DNA of 64,000 bases from Geopsychrobacteraceae bacterium (lineage in GTDB: Bacteria > Desulfobacterota > Desulfuromonadia > Desulfuromonadales > Geopsychrobacteraceae): assembly GCA_963676795.2 (NCBI GenBank), contig CAXXTB010000002.1, forward strand, positions 1,408,001 to 1,472,000, read 5' to 3'. Positions 31,806 through 42,201 of the stretch are shown piece by piece. Every line of letters begins with the position of its first letter. Within the stretch, counting starts at the first letter, position 1. Below the pieces are notes generated by a model. It worked only from the letters and a program-made list of their open reading frames with translations, made no database searches and was not told where the DNA came from. The position numbers and the translations under genes were made by a program.

Positions 31806-34675
31806 TGAGCAAAATGAAAGTACAAGAGCTCGCTAAAAAGATGGGCCTGGAAAATAAGGAACTGCTGGCCAAATTGGCAGATGCCGGTATCGACGCAGCG
31901 TCACAAAACAGTATCCTGTCGGAAGACGATGTTCAGAAGTTTGAAGCACAGCAGAAGGCTTCCGGTGAGAAGATTGAAGAGGCGCGCATCAAGCCAGGCT
32001 TGATCCGTAGAAGGAAGACGGTTGTTCGTGAGGCGGACGAGTCTGCGGATGCTGAAGCTGATCATGACGAAGTGGATCAACCCGCGGTAGCAGAATCGCC
32101 GGTTGCTGAGGTTGTGGCTCAGCCTGAGGGAAAAGCGTCTGTAAAACCTTCCGAGCCGGTCGCTCGTGCCGTCGTAGAGCCTGCTGCTCCCGAGGTTGCT
32201 GCTCCTGCAGAGAAACCTCCGGTCGAAGTGGCTGCTCCAGTCGCAGGGAAACCAGCCGCGCAACCTGAAGTAAAAGCGCAAGCTGTTGCTGAACCGGTTG
32301 CCGAGCTCAAGGCAGAGTCCAAGCCAAAGGCCGTCCCGGTCGCCGAACAGGCTACGGCAGTTCAGGCTACGGTCAGGGCCGAAAAGCCGAAAAAGGAACA
32401 CAAGACCGTGGATCGTCCATCCGGAGATCAGGCCAAGATTCTTGGCCGTGTCGATCTTTCTCAGGTCATGGCCCCTCCCGGAGCCAGAGGCGGAGACCGT
32501 CAGTCGCGCCCGGCTCGTCCCGGGGGGCGTCCTGAACGTCCAGCAGGACGTACGGAACGTCCAGCAGGGCGCCCGGAACGTCCAGTAGGGCGCCCGGAAC
32601 GTACCGATCGCCCGGACAGAGGTGTTGACCGTAATGCCAATCCATCTGCAGCACCGCGTAAGCGGGTCGATGTCACCGGTTTTCCGCCACCGATGGACCA
32701 GCCTCTGCCTGAAAAAGAGGGGGCACGGACCAATAAGAAGCGTAAGAAGGGACGTCGCGATGAAGGAGATTTCGACGAGTCGGACGGCCGCGTATCACGC
32801 CGCGGGCGCAGGGTTGAGGTCTTTGAGCCTGGCCGCCTGGCTGGCAAGAAAAAGCGTGGCAAACAGGGCAAACAGCTACGTCAGACCGAAGTTACCATCA
32901 GTAAGGCGATCAAGCGGGTTATCCGCATCAGCGATTCGATCACCGTTGGTGAATTGGCCAAGCGGATGGGTGTCAAGGCCAACGAACTGATCGCCGAGTT
33001 GATGCGTCAGGGTTCGATGGTGACCATCAACCATCCGCTCGATTATGAATCTGCTGCAATTCTTGCTGCAGAGTTTCATTACGAGGTCGAGAACATAGCC
33101 TTTGATGAGGAGTCGATTCTTGAGGTGGTACAGGCCAGCGGCGATGAGGAAAGCAGCGAAGATCGCGAGATCCGCCCGCCGGTTGTAACCATCATGGGTC
33201 ATGTTGACCACGGTAAGACCAGTCTGCTCGATGCGATTCGTGCCGCTAACGTCACCGAAGGTGAGGCTGGCGGTATTACCCAGCATATCGGTGCTTATGA
33301 TGTCGAGATCGACGGTGGCAAGATCACCTTCCTCGACACCCCGGGTCACGAAGCATTTACTGCAATGCGTGCACGTGGCGCCGGTGTGACCGACATCGTT
33401 ATCCTGGTTGTTGCTGCAGACGACGGTGTCATGCCGCAGACCAAGGAAGCGATCAACCACTCCAAGGCCGCTGGTGTACCGATCATTGTTGCCATCAACA
33501 AGATCGACAAGCCTGAGGCCAACCCTGATCGGGTCAAGCAGGAGCTGACCGAGTTTGAACTGGTTCCGGAAGATTGGGGTGGCGATACGATCTATGTCGA
33601 GGTTTCGGCCAAGCAGAAGCTCAATCTTGACACCCTGCTGGAAATGATCCTGTTGCAGGCCGAGGTCCTTGAGCTCAAGGCCAATCCGACCAAGCGTGCC
33701 AAGGGCTCCATCGTCGAAGCTCGTCTTGATAAGGGGCGCGGCCCAGTTGCCACCGTTCTGGTTCAGGACGGTACGCTGAAGATCGGCGATTCCATTGTTG
33801 CGGGACAGCATTTCGGCCGTGTCCGTTCCATGACCGCTGCCAACGGTAAACAGGTCAAGGAGGCAGGACCTTCCTTCCCGGTTGAGGTCACCGGTCTTGG
33901 CGGAGTACCGGACGCCGGTGACACCTTCCATGCGGTTGAGAACGAAAAGGCCGCCAAGGACGTTGCTCAGCACCGTCAGTCGAAGCAGCGCGAGATCGAC
34001 TTGGCCAAGAGCAGCAAGGTCTCTCTGGATCAGCTCTTTGCCCGTATGCAGGAAGGTGTCGTTGAGGAACTGCCGGTTATTATCAAGGCTGACGTTCAGG
34101 GTTCCGTTGAGGCTGTTCGTGACGCTCTCGAGAAACTCTCGACCGCTGCATGTCGCCTGAACGTCATTCATACCGGTGTCGGTGGCGTCTCTGAAAGTGA
34201 CGTTACTCTGGCGACCGCCTCGAATGCGATTATTCTTGGTTTCAATGTTCGTCCGGAAGCCAAGGCCAAGACTCTGGCTGAAAACGAGAAGGTCGATATC
34301 CGTCTCTACAGCGTTATCTATGATGCTGTAAACGATGTACGTGATGCGATGGAAGGCCTGCTGGCACCGACTCTCAAAGAGAAAGAGCTCGGCCGGGTTG
34401 AAATCCGTGAGACCTTCCATGTCTCTCGGGTTGGCACCATCGCCGGTTGTTATGTTCTGGATGGTAAGATCCTGCGTAACGCCCAGACCCGCCTGGTTCG
34501 TGACAACGTTGTTGTCTGGGAAGGCAAACTCAACTCGCTCAAGCGCTTCAAGGATGATGTCCGTGAGGTCGCCAGCGGTTACGAATGTGGTATCGGTCTG
34601 GAAAACTACAACGACATCAAGGTCGGTGACATCCTTGAAGTCTTTGAGATGGAAGAGGTCAAGACCTCTCTTTAG
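31805..34675 (+). CDS. infB: Translation initiation factor IF-2
   Basis: [29 protein letters not shown] 31805 overlaps the upstream stop. Confidence 0.97.
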   Translation: MSKMKVQELAKKMGLENKELLAKLADAGIDAASQNSILSEDDVQKFEAQQKASGEKIEEARIKPGLIRRRKTVVREADESADAEADHDEVDQPAVAESPVAEVVAQPEGKASVKPSEPVARAVVEPAAPEVAAPAEKPPVEVAAPVAGKPAAQPEVKAQAVAEPVAELKAESKPKAVPVAEQATAVQATVRAEKPKKEHKTVDRPSGDQAKILGRVDLSQVMAPPGARGGDRQSRPARPGGRPERPAGRTERPAGRPERPVGRPERTDRPDRGVDRNANPSAAPRKRVDVTGFPPPMDQPLPEKEGARTNKKRKKGRRDEGDFDESDGRVSRRGRRVEVFEPGRLAGKKKRGKQGKQLRQTEVTISKAIKRVIRISDSITVGELAKRMGVKANELIAELMRQGSMVTINHPLDYESAAILAAEFHYEVENIAFDEESILEVVQASGDEESSEDREIRPPVVTIMGHVDHGKTSLLDAIRAANVTEGEAGGITQHIGAYDVEIDGGKITFLDTPGHEAFTAMRARGAGVTDIVILVVAADDGVMPQTKEAINHSKAAGVPIIVAINKIDKPEANPDRVKQELTEFELVPEDWGGDTIYVEVSAKQKLNLDTLLEMILLQAEVLELKANPTKRAKGSIVEARLDKGRGPVATVLVQDGTLKIGDSIVAGQHFGRVRSMTAANGKQVKEAGPSFPVEVTGLGGVPDAGDTFHAVENEKAAKDVAQHRQSKQREIDLAKSSKVSLDQLFARMQEGVVEELPVIIKADVQGSVEAVRDALEKLSTAACRLNVIHTGVGGVSESDVTLATASNAIILGFNVRPEAKAKTLAENEKVDIRLYSVIYDAVNDVRDAMEGLLAPTLKEKELGRVEIRETFHVSRVGTIAGCYVLDGKILRNAQTRLVRDNVVVWEGKLNSLKRFKDDVREVASGYECGIGLENYNDIKVGDILEVFEMEEVKTSL
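32525..32605 (+). repeat. In-frame 21-bp tandem repeat in infB
   Basis: GRPERPA / GRTERPA / GRPERPV / GRPERT encoded by near-identical 21-nt units. Confidence 0.75.
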
Positions 34676-34688
34676 GTGAGGGTGGACT

Positions 34689-34991
34689 ATGGTTGTCGGT
34701 GTCATCAGACTGGATCTGCGCTTTTACCACACCCATAGTCTCAAGGATAAACGCTCCCGGGTTGCCCGTTTGCTCAGCCGCCTGCGGAGCAGATATCCTG
34801 TGTCTCTCGCTGAAGTTGGTCTGCTTGATATGCACCAGCGGGCGATTATCGGCGGTTCGATGACAGCTGCCGATGAAGCGATCATCAGAAAGGTCTTCGC
34901 TTCACTGGAGGCCGATATCGAAAAAGAAGGCAGTAGTGTTATCATCACTACTGATACAGAATATATCCAGTACGGAGATGTGGACAATTGA
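34689..34991 (+). CDS. DUF503 (YlxP) protein
   Basis: HSLKDKRS...VSLAEVG motif; canonical position between infB and rbfA. Confidence 0.85.
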   Translation: MVVGVIRLDLRFYHTHSLKDKRSRVARLLSRLRSRYPVSLAEVGLLDMHQRAIIGGSMTAADEAIIRKVFASLEADIEKEGSSVIITTDTEYIQYGDVDN

Positions 34992-35356
34992 GCGGTTATC
35001 GTCCTGAAAAAGTAGGTGAACAGATTCTTAAGGAAGCGTCAGAACTGCTGATGTTTTCGATCAAGGATCCTCGCGTTGCAGCGGTTACCCTGACCGGTGT
35101 CGAGGTTTCGCGAGATATTAGCGTGGCGAAGATCTTTTATACCCTGTCGGGGGATGCGGCTGAGCGCAAAGAAGCGGAGCAGGGGCTCAAAAGTGTTACT
35201 CCTTATATCCGCAAACAATTGAGCCAGGTGATGAGCCTGCGTTTCATGCCAGCGATCCGTTTTGTTTACGATTCCTCTGTCAGCTACGGCCAGCGTATCG
35301 ATGAACTTCTCCATCAGGTCAAGGACGATTTGGATGATTCTTCAGCAGATAGCTGA
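34988..35356 (+). CDS. rbfA: Ribosome-binding factor A
   Basis: IKDPRV, VEVSRDIS, LRFMPAIRFVYDSS. Confidence 0.93.
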   Translation: MSGYRPEKVGEQILKEASELLMFSIKDPRVAAVTLTGVEVSRDISVAKIFYTLSGDAAERKEAEQGLKSVTPYIRKQLSQVMSLRFMPAIRFVYDSSVSYGQRIDELLHQVKDDLDDSSADS

Positions 35357-36284
35357 ACTTGTTGAGCGCAGCAACTCTTTTATCGTTCTCGCTCATGAGG
35401 GGCCTGACGGCGATGCTATCGGCTCGACCCTGGGGCTGGCGATGGCGCTGCGTGAAAACGGCAAAGAGGTGGTTGCCTACAATGTAGATGGCGTCCCTCA
35501 GATGATGGGCTTTTTGTCCGGCAGTGAAATGCTCGTTTCCAGTGTTGAACCCGGCCGTCAGTTCGATGTGGCTTTTGTTCTGGATGCTGGTGAGCTGAGC
35601 AGGGTAAGGCTAGCGGTTGAGACCATGTCTCAGACTCTGGTCAATATCGACCATCACCCGCATTCCGATTTCGGTGATATCTGTTATCTGGATACGACCG
35701 CCAGCGCAACGGCTGTCCTGATCTACCGTTTACTCCAGGCCTGCCGTTATCCGGTCAGTCTGGACGTTGCCAATTCCCTTTATCTGGGTCTGCTGGCCGA
35801 TACCGGTTCGTTCCGCTATTCAAGCGCCAACGGTGAGGCGTTCAGGGTTGCCGGCGAGCTTGTCGCTCTGGGTGTGGATCCCTGGAACATCGCAAGTACC
35901 CTCTACGAGAGTTATCCGGTTGAAAGAATGAAGCTGTTGGGGCGGGTTCTGCCGACACTGCATGTCTCCGCCTGTGGCCGTTATGCCTCGTTGAGTATGC
36001 TCAAGGCCGATTTACAGGCCGTCGGGGCCTGTGAGGAGCATGCTGACGGATTTGTTAACTATGCCCGGGCCGTTCGCGGTGTCGAGGTCGCTCTGTTCTT
36101 CAGTCAGATTGAAGAGTCGCTGTTCAAGGTCAGCTTCCGTTCCCGCGGTGCAGTCGATGTCGGTACTCTGTCCCGCGAGCTGGGGGGCGGTGGTCATCAT
36201 AATGCTGCCGGTGCCAAGCTGACCGGTGATCTTGATCAGGTCAGATCGACCGTCTATAAACTTATCGATCAATTACTGAAATAA
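35334..36284 (+). CDS. nrnA: DHH-family oligoribonuclease/PAP phosphatase
   Basis: HEGPDGDAIGS, NIDHH, DTGSFRYS, GGGGHHNAAG. Confidence 0.88.
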   Translation: MILQQIAELVERSNSFIVLAHEGPDGDAIGSTLGLAMALRENGKEVVAYNVDGVPQMMGFLSGSEMLVSSVEPGRQFDVAFVLDAGELSRVRLAVETMSQTLVNIDHHPHSDFGDICYLDTTASATAVLIYRLLQACRYPVSLDVANSLYLGLLADTGSFRYSSANGEAFRVAGELVALGVDPWNIASTLYESYPVERMKLLGRVLPTLHVSACGRYASLSMLKADLQAVGACEEHADGFVNYARAVRGVEVALFFSQIEESLFKVSFRSRGAVDVGTLSRELGGGGHHNAAGAKLTGDLDQVRSTVYKLIDQLLK

Positions 36285-36288
36285 TTAC

Positions 36289-37191
36289 GTGCACGGTCTG
36301 CTTCTTATCGATAAGCCTGCGGGTATATCGTCCACCGATGTGGTGCGCGATGTGCGCCGCCTGTTCAAGACCCGCAAGGTCGGTCATGCCGGAACCCTCG
36401 ACCCTATGGCGACGGGGGTTCTGCCTGTTGCCGTCGGTGACGGGACCAAGATTCTCCAGTTTCTTCTCAATGACCGCAAGGCATACCGGGCTGAGCTGAA
36501 GTTCGGTCAAACCACAGATACCTACGATTCCGAAGGAACGGTGCTGACAGAGCGGCCTGTTCCCGAGCTGACTTTCGAGCACCTCGATCAGGTCTGTGAA
36601 GCCTTCCGCGGTGATATTCTCCAGATTCCGCCCATGTACTCCGCGCTCAAGAAGGATGGTGTGCCGCTCTACAAGCTGGCGCGTAAAGGTGAGGTCATAG
36701 AGCGTGAAGCCCGTCCGGTAACGATCTATCAACTTGATATCGTCGCCCTGGCCGGGGATAGGGCGACGATCAACGTTTGCTGTTCCAAGGGAACCTATAT
36801 CCGCAGTCTGATCTACGACATCGGTGAGGCACTTGGGTGTGGTGCTCATATGACCGCTCTGCGCAGGACGGCCAGCGCGGGCTTCCGGATTGACGAATGT
36901 GTCGGACTGGAAGATCTGAAGCAGATGGCAACCCCCCAGGACTGTCTGCTGCCGGTCGAAGAGGCTGTGCGTGAATGTCCTTCTGTTGAGGTTGCTGAGG
37001 TTGCGGTGGAACGCTTGAATTGTGGAGTGCCACCGACCCTGGCCGAGGTTATTGTTGATGACTCGATACCGTCTGGTTCGCTGGTCAGGCTGATGCATCA
37101 GGGGCGACTCTGGGCGATGGCTCGTTACGCTCCGCATCGGGAACAGGAAAAGCGGGGTGATTTTGAGCTTATCCGAGTTTTTACCCGTTGA
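36289..37191 (+). CDS. truB: tRNA pseudouridine(55) synthase
   Basis: KVGHAGTLDP, QIPPMYSALK, SKGTYIRSL. Confidence 0.95.
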   Translation: MHGLLLIDKPAGISSTDVVRDVRRLFKTRKVGHAGTLDPMATGVLPVAVGDGTKILQFLLNDRKAYRAELKFGQTTDTYDSEGTVLTERPVPELTFEHLDQVCEAFRGDILQIPPMYSALKKDGVPLYKLARKGEVIEREARPVTIYQLDIVALAGDRATINVCCSKGTYIRSLIYDIGEALGCGAHMTALRRTASAGFRIDECVGLEDLKQMATPQDCLLPVEEAVRECPSVEVAEVAVERLNCGVPPTLAEVIVDDSIPSGSLVRLMHQGRLWAMARYAPHREQEKRGDFELIRVFTR

Positions 37192-37308
37192 TAAAGTAGA
37201 GATTAGCCTTTACAGAACTTGTGAAAACATGGTAGTAATCGCAGTCTTGACAACAAATGACAAACAGCCACGCCACTGGCTATACAGATAACGCAAAAGG
37301 AGAATGAC

Positions 37309-37575
37309 GTGCTCGTCACAGAACGCAAACAGGAAATTATCGAAAAATTCAAGCGTCACGAAGGTGATACCGGTTCCCCGGAAGTGCAGATCGCTCTGCT
37401 GACCGAAAGAATCAACTACCTGACTGACCACTTCAAAACCCACAAGAAAGATCACCACTCCCGTCGTGGTCTGCTGAAGATGGTCGGCCAGCGCCGCCGA
37501 CTGCTCGACTACCTGATCAAACAGGATGTCGAGCGTTATCGGACGATCATTCAGGAACTGGGTCTTCGCCGCTAA
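37309..37575 (+). CDS. rpsO: 30S ribosomal protein S15
   Basis: [25 protein letters not shown]. Confidence 0.97.
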   Translation: MLVTERKQEIIEKFKRHEGDTGSPEVQIALLTERINYLTDHFKTHKKDHHSRRGLLKMVGQRRRLLDYLIKQDVERYRTIIQELGLRR

Positions 37576-37581
37576 AAAAAT

Positions 37582-37618
37582 GAAGCAGCATGTCTCCTTG
37601 TGGGGCATGCTGCTTTCG
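37582..37618 (+). terminator. Hairpin/terminator after rpsO
   Basis: gaagcagcatg...catgctgcttt stem. Confidence 0.65.
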
Positions 37619-37633
37619 TATCTATGTACATGA

Positions 37634-37772
37634 CAGGGTGTTGTGAAACGTTTTCGAGGCAGCAAGTGCAAGGCGAAAATTGCCGAATAAGCGCAGTTTA
37701 CACCAGTAAATGAGCATTTTGAGGCAATTTTTAACGCCGCAATTGCAACGCAGATAGTTTTTCAACAGCCTG
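37634..37772. mobile_element. 139-bp MITE-like element with imperfect terminal inverted repeats
   Basis: Left CAGGGTGTTGTGAAAC vs right end (reverse complement) CAGGCTGTTGAAAAAC, 13/16 identical; internally palindromic; no transposase. Confidence 0.6.
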
Positions 37773-37897
37773 AGTAGTTTGAGGGAGGCTGTCCGGAGAG
37801 AGTTTCCAATGCGATTGGTAATTGTCTCAGGCCATCCTCCTGATGCTTTTAACCCGTATTGCTGATGGCAGTAATACAAAAAGAGGAGTAATAAATT

Positions 37898-39997
37898 ATG
37901 GCCTATCAAAAGGTTCAGGTAGAATTCAATGGTCAACCACTGACAATCGAAACCGGTAAAGTCGCTCGTCAGGCCGACGGTGCAGTTATCGTCACTTATG
38001 GCGAGACCAAGGTCCTTTGTACCGTTGTTTCCGCCAAGAAAATGCGTGAAGGGCAGGATTTCTTCCCGCTGACTGTCAACTACCAGGAAAAATTTTACGC
38101 CAGCGGCAAGATCCCGGGTTCTTTCTTCCGTCGTGAGCGTGGTGCTACTGAGCGTGAAACCCTCATCTGTCGTCTGATCGACCGTCCACTGCGTCCGCTG
38201 TTCCCGAAAGGCTACATGTTCGAAACCCAGATCATGCCGACCGTTATCTCGGCTGATATGGTCAACGATCCGGATACCCTGGCCATGGTTGCTGCATCTG
38301 CCTGTCTGAGTGTTTCCGGCATTCCGTTCGCAGGTCCGATCGCCGGTGTCCGTGTCGGCCGTATCGATGGTCAGTTCGTCGCCAACCCGACTCGTGAGCA
38401 GATGGAGCAGAGCGACGTCGAGATCGTCATGTCCGGTTCCAAGGATGCCGTCATGATGGTTGAGGGGGAAGCCAAGTTCCTCTCTGAAGCAGAAATGCTT
38501 GACGCTATCTTCTTCGGCCATGCCGCGATTCAGCCGCTGATCGCCCTGCAGGAAGAGCTGGCCAAGCTGGTCAACAAGGAGCCTCGCGAGTTTGCCGCTC
38601 CGGTGAAGGATGAAGAACTGGTCGCCAAGGTCGTAAGCCTTGCCGAGGCCAAGGTTGTCGAGGCAGTCAAGATCAGCTCCAAGCAGGAGCGCTACGCTGC
38701 TCTTGCCGATATCCGTAGCGCAGTCAAGGAAGAGCTGGCTGAAGTTTACGAAGGGCGTGAAGAAGAGATCTCCGCAGCTCTCGGCAGCGTAGAGAAAACC
38801 GTTGTCCGTCAGATGGTCGCCCGCGACAAGATCCGTATCGACGGCCGCAAGATGGACGAGATCCGTCCGATCACCTGTGAAGTCGGTGTTCTGCCGCGCG
38901 CTCACGGTAGTGCCCTGTTTACCCGCGGTGAAACCCAGGCCCTGGTCACCACCACGCTTGGCACCGCCAGCGATGAGCAACGCATCGACAACGTGCAGGG
39001 GATGGAGTTCAAGAAGTTCATGCTCCACTACAACTTCCCTCCATTCTGTGTTGGTGAAACCAGCATGCGTCTGTTCCCGGGCCGCCGTGAAATTGGTCAT
39101 GGTATGCTGGCAGAGCGCAGTGCTGCCCAGATCCTGCCGACTCAGGAGCAGTTCCCGTACACCATCCGTATCGTTTCCGATGTCCTCGAGTCGAACGGTT
39201 CCTCTTCCATGGCTTCGGTCTGTGGCGCTTCGCTGTCACTGATGGACGCCGGTGTTCCTGTCAAGGAACCGATTGCCGGTATCGCCATGGGTCTGATCAA
39301 GGAAGGTGATGACTACGCGATTCTCTCTGACATCCTCGGTGATGAGGATCACCTGGGTGACATGGACTTCAAGGTCACCGGTACGGCCAACGGTATTACC
39401 GCGCTGCAGATGGATATCAAGATCACCGGCGTGACCAAGGAGATCATGCAGAACGCTCTGGATCAGGCCCGTGCCGGCCGTATCCATATCCTCGGTGAGA
39501 TGGCCAAGGCGATCGATGCCTCCCGTGATGATCTTTCCCAGTACGCTCCGCGTATCACCACCATCAAGGTCAAGTCCGATCAGGTCCGTACCGTCATCGG
39601 TTCCGGTGGCAAGAACGTCCGCGGCATCATCGATGCGACCGGTTGCGCCATCGACATTCAGGACGACGGCACCATCAATATCGCATCCGCTGACGGCGTA
39701 GCCGCCAAGAAGGCGATCAAGATGATCCGCGAACTGACCCAGGAGCCGGAAGTCGACAAGCTCTACATGGGTACCGTCAAGAAGATCATGGAATTCGGTG
39801 CCTTTGTTGAAATCTTCTCCGGTACCGACGGTCTGGTTCACGTTTCTGAGCTCGCCAATGAGCGCGTCAAGAACGTGACCGACGTTCTCAACGAAGGGGA
39901 TCAGGTCCTGGTCAAGTGTATCGGCGTCGATCGTCAGGGCAAGATCAAACTGTCCCGCAAGGCTGCCCTTGGCCTGGAACTTCCTGAAGAGGATTAG
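37898..39997 (+). CDS. pnp: Polyribonucleotide nucleotidyltransferase
   Basis: [46 protein letters not shown] and S1 domains. Confidence 0.97.
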   Translation: MAYQKVQVEFNGQPLTIETGKVARQADGAVIVTYGETKVLCTVVSAKKMREGQDFFPLTVNYQEKFYASGKIPGSFFRRERGATERETLICRLIDRPLRPLFPKGYMFETQIMPTVISADMVNDPDTLAMVAASACLSVSGIPFAGPIAGVRVGRIDGQFVANPTREQMEQSDVEIVMSGSKDAVMMVEGEAKFLSEAEMLDAIFFGHAAIQPLIALQEELAKLVNKEPREFAAPVKDEELVAKVVSLAEAKVVEAVKISSKQERYAALADIRSAVKEELAEVYEGREEEISAALGSVEKTVVRQMVARDKIRIDGRKMDEIRPITCEVGVLPRAHGSALFTRGETQALVTTTLGTASDEQRIDNVQGMEFKKFMLHYNFPPFCVGETSMRLFPGRREIGHGMLAERSAAQILPTQEQFPYTIRIVSDVLESNGSSSMASVCGASLSLMDAGVPVKEPIAGIAMGLIKEGDDYAILSDILGDEDHLGDMDFKVTGTANGITALQMDIKITGVTKEIMQNALDQARAGRIHILGEMAKAIDASRDDLSQYAPRITTIKVKSDQVRTVIGSGGKNVRGIIDATGCAIDIQDDGTINIASADGVAAKKAIKMIRELTQEPEVDKLYMGTVKKIMEFGAFVEIFSGTDGLVHVSELANERVKNVTDVLNEGDQVLVKCIGVDRQGKIKLSRKAALGLELPEED

Positions 39998-40027
39998 TCT
40001 TTTTTTTGAGACTTCAGTATAATAATG

Positions 40028-40057
40028 CCGGTACGGGGTCTCCCGTACCGGTTTTTT
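40028..40057 (+). terminator. Intrinsic terminator after pnp
   Basis: ccggtacggg-gtct-cccgtaccgg followed by T6. Confidence 0.85.
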
Positions 40058-40064
40058 GTTTCTT

Positions 40065-40165
40065 CCTTCTCCATGAGGGAGAAGGTGTCCGAAGGGCGGA
40101 TGAGTGGGGACCTTGTACTGCGGCGTATTCCCCTCACCCTGGCCCTCTCCCTCGGGGAGAGGGGA
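40065..40165. repeat. BoxC-like intergenic repeat pair
   Basis: ccttctcc-atgag-ggagaagg...ggatgagtgggg and inverted partner cccctcaccctggccctctccctcggggagagggga. Confidence 0.65.
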
Positions 40166-40211
40166 TGTGTTATAGAAATTTTGAAACCGTATCTTTTTTT
40201 GAGGATTTATT

Positions 40212-40658
40212 ATGCAATCACCCGTAATCCGTATTAAAAAGCTTCATCCGCAGGCGATTGTTCCGAAATACATGACGGAACTCGCCGCCGGTCTGGATGT
40301 CTGTGCCACCCCGGAACAGCCGATCTGTCTGGAACCTGGTCAGCGTTGCCTGGTCCCGACCGGGTTGGCTATGGCCATACCGGCCGGCTACGAGGTGCAG
40401 GTCCGGCCGCGTTCAGGGTTGGCGATCAAGCACGGCATCTCGCTGGTCAATTCGCCGGGAACGATCGACGCCGACTATCGGGGTGAGATCGGGGTCATCA
40501 TGATCAATCACGGCCAGGAGGCTTTTGTGATTAATCCGGGGGAGCGTATTGCTCAACTGGTTGTCGCCCAGGTCTGTCAGGCAGAGCTTGTAGAGGTTGA
40601 CGAGCTTTGTGAAACTGCTCGGGGTGCCGGTGGCTTCGGCCATACCGGAAAGAGTTGA
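40212..40658 (+). CDS. dut: dUTP diphosphatase
   Basis: [39 protein letters not shown]. Confidence 0.96.
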   Translation: MQSPVIRIKKLHPQAIVPKYMTELAAGLDVCATPEQPICLEPGQRCLVPTGLAMAIPAGYEVQVRPRSGLAIKHGISLVNSPGTIDADYRGEIGVIMINHGQEAFVINPGERIAQLVVAQVCQAELVEVDELCETARGAGGFGHTGKS

Positions 40659-40660
40659 TC

Positions 40661-40933
40661 ATGTGTGATTGTAGCGATCCGAGAGATCTGCTCGAGTTTC
40701 CCTGTCACTACCAGTTCAAGGCTGTTGGGCTGGCGGGAGAGGCTTTCGAGCAGGCTGTCTTTTCCGCTGTTGAGAGCCATGTCCAGGTTTCCCGCGATGC
40801 TCTGCGCAGCAGGCCGAGCGGCAAGGGAACCTATCAGTCCGTGTCGGTGCTGGTCACCTTGCATAACTATGAGCAATTGACTAGTATTTATGCTGAACTG
40901 AAAAAAATCGATGAGCTGAAGTTCTTACTCTAA
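40661..40933 (+). CDS. DUF493/YbeD family protein
   Basis: LLEFPCHYQFKAVG...SGKGTYQSVSV. Confidence 0.85.
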   Translation: MCDCSDPRDLLEFPCHYQFKAVGLAGEAFEQAVFSAVESHVQVSRDALRSRPSGKGTYQSVSVLVTLHNYEQLTSIYAELKKIDELKFLL

Positions 40934-40960
40934 CCTGAACCCTGAATATGTGGTCGAGCG

Positions 40961-41569
40961 ATGTTGCTAGAGATCAACCCCTATAATCCCCAGCCAAGGC
41001 TGGTGAAGCAGATTGTCGAATGTCTGAAAAACGGTGGTGTCATCGTCTATCCGACCGATACGACCTATGGTCTGGGCTGCGACATTTTCAACGCCAAGGC
41101 GGTCAAACGGATTTTTCAGATCAAGCAGCGGGATAAGAACAAACCCTTTTCCTTCATCTGTAACGATCTGTCCGATATTTCGACATACGCCCGGGTCAGC
41201 AACTTCGCATTCAAGATCATGAAGCGCCATCTGCCCGGTGCCTATACCTTCGTTCTTGAAGCGACGAAGATTGTCCCCGATTCACTCAGCACTAAACAGA
41301 AAACGGTCGGGATCCGCATTCCGGATAACGCGATCTGTCGGGCGATCGTTGAGGAACTTGGGCATCCGCTGGTGACCACCAGCGCCAATATCTCCGGAGA
41401 AGAAACCCCCGAAGATCCCTACGAGATCAATCAGATCCTTGGTAATCAGGTCGACTACGTCATCGATGGTGGTATCATGGTCAGTGATGCATCCACCGTC
41501 ATCAGCCTGCTCGATGATCAGATTGAGATACTGCGTCAAGGGAGTGGGGATACCTCCTGGATCGATTAG
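40961..41569 (+). CDS. Sua5/YrdC/YciO family protein
   Basis: YPTDTTYGLGC, LPGAYTFVL, VGIRIPD, TSANISG. Confidence 0.9.
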   Translation: MLLEINPYNPQPRLVKQIVECLKNGGVIVYPTDTTYGLGCDIFNAKAVKRIFQIKQRDKNKPFSFICNDLSDISTYARVSNFAFKIMKRHLPGAYTFVLEATKIVPDSLSTKQKTVGIRIPDNAICRAIVEELGHPLVTTSANISGEETPEDPYEINQILGNQVDYVIDGGIMVSDASTVISLLDDQIEILRQGSGDTSWID

Positions 41570-41720
41570 GTTTGTTGTCAGCTAAAATCAAACTCCGCGA
41601 TGCGGAGTTTTTCGATTCTGCCCGTTTGATGAGCTCGCTCATCACAGGGCGCGCTGTCAGTAGCTGCTACCAGTCTTGTAATGAGAATCCCGCCAACTTT
41701 CGCCAGTATTGGAAGGCTGC

Positions 41721-41889
41721 TTTTTGCCTACTTTTTTCAGCCTGTAAAAAAGTAGGGCGCCGTACGGGCGCGCGAGCCCGTGCTTTTGACCGTCAAGTTC
41801 CTGAAAATCAAGATCTGAACCGCCGGTTCCCGTACCGGCAGACGTCACCCTTTTTCTTTGATCGCTAAGAAAAAGGGTGGAAAAAGAAA
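41721..41889. repeat. Intergenic multi-hairpin repeat (two inverted related units)
   Basis: Hairpins cctactttttt-N8-aaaaaagtagg and caccctttttctt-N8-aagaaaaagggtg, each joined to a GC-rich hairpin, facing each other. Confidence 0.55.
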
Positions 41890-41950
41890 CTCTATAAAAA
41901 CACTGACGTAGTTTGTTGCTGGTGCTCTTCCCCCCCTGTGTCAGGATAGA

Positions 41951-42112
41951 TGTCGCCTCTCTTTGATATTCTTTGAGTAAACCCGAGGGGCTGAAAGTGA
42001 GACCGAAATGAGTCAATATCCTGAAGATTTGAAGGCGAGCATCATTGCCCGACTTCTGCCACCAGAGAACGCCAGTGTTCCCGGCTTAATTGCATGAAAC
42101 TGGCGTAAGTCC
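41951..42112 (+). pseudogene. IS3-family transposase OrfA remnant with probable left end
   Basis: TG-starting end tgtcgcc at 41951; ATG 42008 reads MSQYPEDLKASIIARLLPPENASVPGL, then a frameshift to HETGV and truncation; resembles the IS3-family OrfA HTH N-terminus. Confidence 0.6.
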
Positions 42113-42201
42113 TTCTTGTTGTTCATGATCGGGCAGAATCGAATTATGGAAAGGCCAGAAACAGACTTATTGAGAACCGTCGGCAAAAATGCCGATGGTT
42201 C

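Noticed and set aside
40006..40237. Small ORFs between pnp and dut
   Set aside because: They are translations of the terminator and the BoxC-like repeat (SPHPGPLPRGEG).
41572..42016. Short ORFs 41572-41868 (+) and 41657-42016 (-)
   Set aside because: They overlap hairpin repeats and the IS stub; no RBS or recognisable motif.
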